Origin: Bugula neritina
Lineage: Eukaryota > Animalia > Bryozoa
Assembly: GCA_964035545.1 (NCBI GenBank)
Contig: CAXIUT010000221.1
Coordinates: 1 to 26,940 of the forward strand
DNA: 26,940 nt
Direction of reading: 5' to 3'
Numbering within the stretch: the first letter of the stretch is position 1; each line of letters opens with the position of its first letter. Below, piece by piece: positions 22,206-26,940 of this stretch. Position numbers and translations under genes: made by a program. The notes beneath the pieces are model-generated. The model worked only from the letters and a program-made list of their open reading frames with translations, did not search any database and was not told where the DNA came from.

Positions 22206-23867
22206 ATGTCTTATCCCTTATAACAATCAAAACAATCAAAAGGGAAAGAAATGGTCACCATCGACTATCGAAACGGCAAATATCAAGGCCATGTATCTGA
22301 AACAGACAAGATGAGGACGGGTGTGGGCATGATGATCGACCATAATTACATGTTCTGCCTTGCATAGTGGAAAGAGGGGAAGATCGATGGGTCGGCCTTT
22401 GTCCTGTATCCTGACAATTCTCTGTTCTATGGCTGTATAAAAAATGGAGAGCCGTTTGGTTTTTGTGTGTATGAGGCGAATTGGTTTGGTAAATTATGTC
22501 AATTTTGCATCAGGTGATGATTTCATGATGGTCCAGGATGACACCAGTAACAACAACTTGATATTTGTGAAGATAGATAAAAATAGGATGTAGAAATTGG
22601 TGAAGGGATAAAATACAACATAAAATCACTAGAATAAATAAAAAAGATAACAACCGCCAATCATAGAATAAAAACGATATAATTCACAATAGCAAAAAAC
22701 AAAATTAATATCAACTTATCTAAATACCTCAATAAAACAGAATAGTTATCAATAATTCATCCGTTAAAAATTGATAAAAAAACAACGAAGACATAGATTA
22801 CATGTAAAATCGAGAATAGATCCAACTAAAATACAAAAAATCATCAATAGTTTTAAGATTATCCCAAACCAACCAAAACCAAATAACCCTAAAAGCTCTA
22901 GGATACTACAATTCGATAACAAATTCATTATAAATATCAAAAAAACAAATAAATAACACTACCATCATGGAAACAATCGACAATCAATACACAGACTATT
23001 CTATTTAAGGTAATTAGAGGCCCAAGTAGTGCATTACTGGCTTGCATATATACTATAAACAGTCGCTCAGGTTTATGAATTAGTATCTGAGGGTTGATTA
23101 CTTGTATCGGGTCAAATTTATCTATCACTCGGTTTAGGAATTGTTGGCTAGGGTTAATAATAATAGTCAAGCGCAAATCATACTATAATCCGGGATAAGA
23201 CTGGATTAGAGGTAAAATAATATTATATCATCTAGAAATAATCGATATTAGATAAAATAAAATCAATAAAAAGCATCAAGAAATATGCGATATGAAGAAA
23301 GAGAAAGTAGTCCAGTTGACAACCGTGTATATCCATTGCATAAAGTAAAATAAGAGATCTATCGGGCTATAAAAAGGAAGAGTCTTTCAAACAGTCGAAA
23401 TACATATAGAAAATAACCAGTAGTTAACCATACGCAATCAGTATACTAAAGATTTAAACCCCACAAATAAATCATTTTCATATCATCAGCAAAACACTAC
23501 AACACCAATAAAACCAACAACTGATAAAATGAACAAAACATCCGTGACATCATATACAAGTCCTCCAAAAAAACATAACCAGCCAAAATATCATCCACCC
23601 GTTTCTGTTTCAGAACAGAACAGACCAAAAAGGGCATCAAAGAGTCCGCTTTCGAAGTATGCCTATCTCGATCAGATGTCATAGTAAAGAAATATCAGAA
23701 AAATAGATAATATCAACACTTTGACCCAATACTACGAGGCAGTATAGAAAGATTTGAGAAAAGATAAACCATCAAAACTGCAAAAACCATCTAAAGCATA
23801 CGAATTGTATCCGACCAATACATCACCGCTCGGTCCGAGGAAGATACTTAAGTATGGCTGGGATTGA
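22206..23867 (+). CDS. MORN-repeat-like protein with a long low-complexity tail (frameshifted as assembled)
   Basis: YRNGKYQGHVSETDKMRTGVGMMI..AEWKEGKIDGSAFVLYPDNSLFYGCIKNGEPFGFCVY, and a terminal frame ending KILKYGWD-TGA. Several frame slips lie in between, so this could be more than one gene. Confidence 0.55.
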
Positions 23868-23949
23868 TACTTGTTTTGATTGATCTATCAAATTTATTCA
23901 TCAAATATCAAATAAAAGATAATATACAGAATAATCAGATATCTCTCAC

Positions 23950-24024
23950 GGGGTTGGGGTTGGGGTTGGGGTTGGGGTTGGGGTTGGGGTTGGGGTTGGG
24001 GTTGGGGTTGGGGTTGGGGTTGGG
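23950..24024 (+). repeat. Internal telomere tract 3, (GGGGTT)n, right-end orientation
   Basis: About 75 nt of perfect T2G4 repeats. Confidence 0.97.
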
Positions 24025-26723
24025 TCTAACGCCATAAGTACGAATCGAACATGCGATTATTCCTATTTTTTTTAATAATTGATATTCTAAGAATACTTCA
24101 ATCTCATCTTTTTGATATCCTAATCAAAACTTTTATTCTCTGATCTAAGCCGATCAATTTCAGCACCCAAAATATGTATCCTTCTCGCATAATCCTGATA
24201 CTCCTATAACTGAATTGCCATATTTCTCGTTTATTATTCACTTCTATGCACCTCATTCAAAATCCTATTGAAATCCACCGAAATCTGATTAAATCTATCA
24301 TTACTAGATGATATACTTGTTCTATAAAGATGTTATTTTGGTAACCAGCATATCGATCTACCCATTCTTTGTTTTTATTTTGCCCAGCATGATCTAATAC
24401 TGCTGCTCCATTTAGATAAATTATCTAGATTTAGTTTTAGTAGTAATTGCGCCTTCCTGACTAATTCTATGAATCTAGCAACTCATCATAATAACCCTAC
24501 ACGAAAGATCATTCACCAAAACCCTCTCTTTCTACAACTACTGCTCCATCGCCCTCATCTTTCTCTAGTAACTATCAATTTCACCCATCAGCACCACTAT
24601 ATGATTCTTTATACGATGATTTGTACCTGCTGCTACTGCAAAGCCACCTAAACCTCACTTCTACTTCTACTCTACAACTACAACTTAGCGTATTGGGTTC
24701 TCAACTACTAGTACTAACTATTTTTATTTCGAACTATCGTACTCAATTTCTACTTCTACTGGGTATTTCGAAATAGGATGCTCTCGAATTATTTTGCACG
24801 GTTTTATATCTACCTATTTTTTGTTTGATAGGAGGTTATTTCCTGCTTGAGGATGCTGTTTGATTCTTGTAGTTGTGAAATTGTGTGTTCGCTTTATGAA
24901 ATTTTTTGTTAGTAGTTTTTTAGGTGGGTTATTTTGCTATGAAGCTAGATTTTCTAGGATTAGAGGGTGTTTATCTAGCGGTTGCGGTCTCTTAGTAGGT
25001 CGTTTAATTTGGTAAGTTAGGTTGTCATTAGATTGATTTTGTTCTAGTAATCTCTAACTTTTATCTAGATGTTTTTGTATTATATCATAGTACTTTAGAC
25101 TTTGTTATATTTTATTCTGAATTCATTCAGCTATCCAGCTTGATTCTTCAACAACCCATTCAACCTCTATATTTATTTATTCATATTTCCATTAACTCTT
25201 TCCAAATCTTTCAACTGCCCTTCCCCCTTTCTAAACCCTCCAACCTACCCATTCAATTTCTACACCCTAAACCTCAAATCCTCATTCTCCCTCACAACCA
25301 TCCCAACACGATCCTCAGCAACCTGCTTCTCTTTCCTCACAACATCCATTTCATCAAGCGACACCTGCATCTAATTACACTTACTCCTCCATTCCTAAAT
25401 CTCTCCCAACCGAGATCGAAGTATACCATTCAAACGATCATTTTCTATTTTCAAATTACTTATTTTAGATTAGTAATTATACAATTCATTCTACTGTTTG
25501 GTATATTTTGATAGCTGATTATCGTGTTAGATAATTTTATGTTTCAATTGCTAAATCTAATCCAACTTATTTCTCAATATAGTATTCAACCTCTATAGTT
25601 CTTTAGAGGCCAAATTTAATTTATTACCCAATTACTCATTATAATGCTACAACTATTTTGCACGTACTATTTATTGCTACAATTTATTATTTTTTGATTT
25701 GTATTATTAGAGTTCTTTCATTTTATTTTACAAATTGTTTTTTAGTTGCTTCTATTGATACTACCACTAACTACATTCCTTCAATTTCATATTATTTTTA
25801 TATTACTTCTGTTTGTATTGATAATTCTACTCCTACTTCTAACGCAAGATCTCATTCAACCTTATCAACTACTGGTTCAACAACCTCAACTTGTTCTAGT
25901 GATAATTGATCAAATTCTCATAATTTTTTAGCTACATTATCGCTATCTCGTATTTCTGACATCTCTGCTTGTACTACTACAAATCCAAATTCAGGTTGTC
26001 GAATTCATATCGACTCTTTCTCAACTCATTCTATAAAGTCGATCTCTAATTATGATATCGAAGTGTTATCTATTTTATCTAGCGAGACAACATCGTCTTC
26101 CTCTGATTTTACATCATCAACCTCAAATCTTATAACTATTTTATCTTGCTCTTCTAGGATGCCTGATACCTAGATTTCCATTTCTAGATCTATGAACTCA
26201 ACTACACATTTTTAACTTTCTATGATTAGTATTTTTGTTTCAGTGAATAATCTATATCACTGACCTTATTCTTCAACATCTAATTCTAATGATACAAAGT
26301 CTAACAGATCTTATTCAATTTCTAATACTACTAACGATACTCATATATCTCCTGCTCCTGCTTAAAACATTTCTAAGTGAGCTATCGTATTTGAACCTCA
26401 TGATTTTCATAAAATGATACCAACCTCTCATTCTATTTCAATTTTGATTGAAGTATCTAGATTTGAAGCGATAAACGCTCGATTTATATCGCCTGGAATA
26501 TTATGATAAATTCTTTGTTTATATTCTCATTTGCTCTACGGTAATTCGGTATATTATTCAGTGGAATATGCTCTCTATGGATATTTGAATCGATGTTTGT
26601 TTGAATGAATTGACGTGGATTTATACCAGAATTGGAGACATTGCCTGGGTTTTAGGAAAAAGTACCTGTATTGAAGACGTAGGAAGAACGAAGGGGAGGT
26701 TTGGTTTATTATTATTGATCCAT
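24025..26723 (-). CDS. Large Glu-rich coiled-coil protein (~900 aa) whose 3' end runs into telomere tract 3
   Basis: ATG at 26723. The same frame is open at the start, at a mid spot-check (~25150-25200) and at the end (..SHVRFVLMAL), with no stop before the tract. Possible in-frame 21-nt intron near 26645-26665. Confidence 0.7.
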
Positions 26724-26826
26724 TTCTTTGAATTTTATTTTTTTTATTATAATTTATATATATTCAAATTCAAAATAAATTACTACATAACATCATTGAT
26801 ATTAGTATTAATATTATTTCATAAAA

Positions 26827-26940
26827 GGGGTTGGGGTTGGGGTTGGGGTTGGGGTTGGGGTTGGGGTTGGGGTTGGGGTTGGGGTTGGGGTTGGGGTTGG
26901 GGTTGGGGTTGGGGGGGTTGGGGTTGGGGTTGGGGTTGGG
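26827..26940 (+). repeat. Right terminal telomere (GGGGTT)n
   Basis: T2G4 repeats to the window end, with one irregular G7 unit near 26911. Confidence 0.98.

Noticed and set aside
15835-24024. Telomere-bearing transposon (TBE/Tec-like) bounded by internal telomere repeats
   Set aside because: The tracts are direct rather than inverted, and I found no transposase, terminal inverted repeat or target-site duplication.
731-26723. Standard ciliate code (TAR=Gln), split TAA=Lys/TAG=Glu code, or Blastocrithidia-type code with TGA=Trp
   Set aside because: Both TAA and TAG align to conserved Glu, Trp is TGG, and TGA terminates every complete gene.

Overview
This is AT-rich, gene-dense ciliate macronuclear DNA capped by (C4A2)n at the left end and (T2G4)n at the right end. 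The supplied standard-code ORF track is misleading. At conserved Glu positions in several unrelated protein families, both TAA and TAG appear, and TGA is the only stop. That is the peritrich nuclear code (table 30), so the source is most likely a peritrich ciliate. Re-translated by hand, the window holds about 18 genes with 20-22 nt GT-AG introns. Bases 1-15926 form a telomere-to-telomere unit with 11 intact-looking genes: myotubularin-like, PLGRKT-like, SelO, EF-hand, WDR47-like, HSDL2-like, NAPRT, thioredoxin, two unknowns and SAPS/PP6R. Three internal telomere tracts, all in the same orientation, interrupt or truncate genes (Rab-GDI twice, a coiled-coil gene once) and appear to replace sequence of about their own length. 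This suggests nested alternative chromosome ends collapsed into one consensus. The most unusual gene content is a tandem triplet of intronless, predicted N-acylated, glutamyl-endopeptidase-like serine proteases fused to TPR repeats (16986-21466). Bases ~16300-23900 carry many single-base indels that look like sequencing error. All family calls come from motif recognition by eye; no searches were run.
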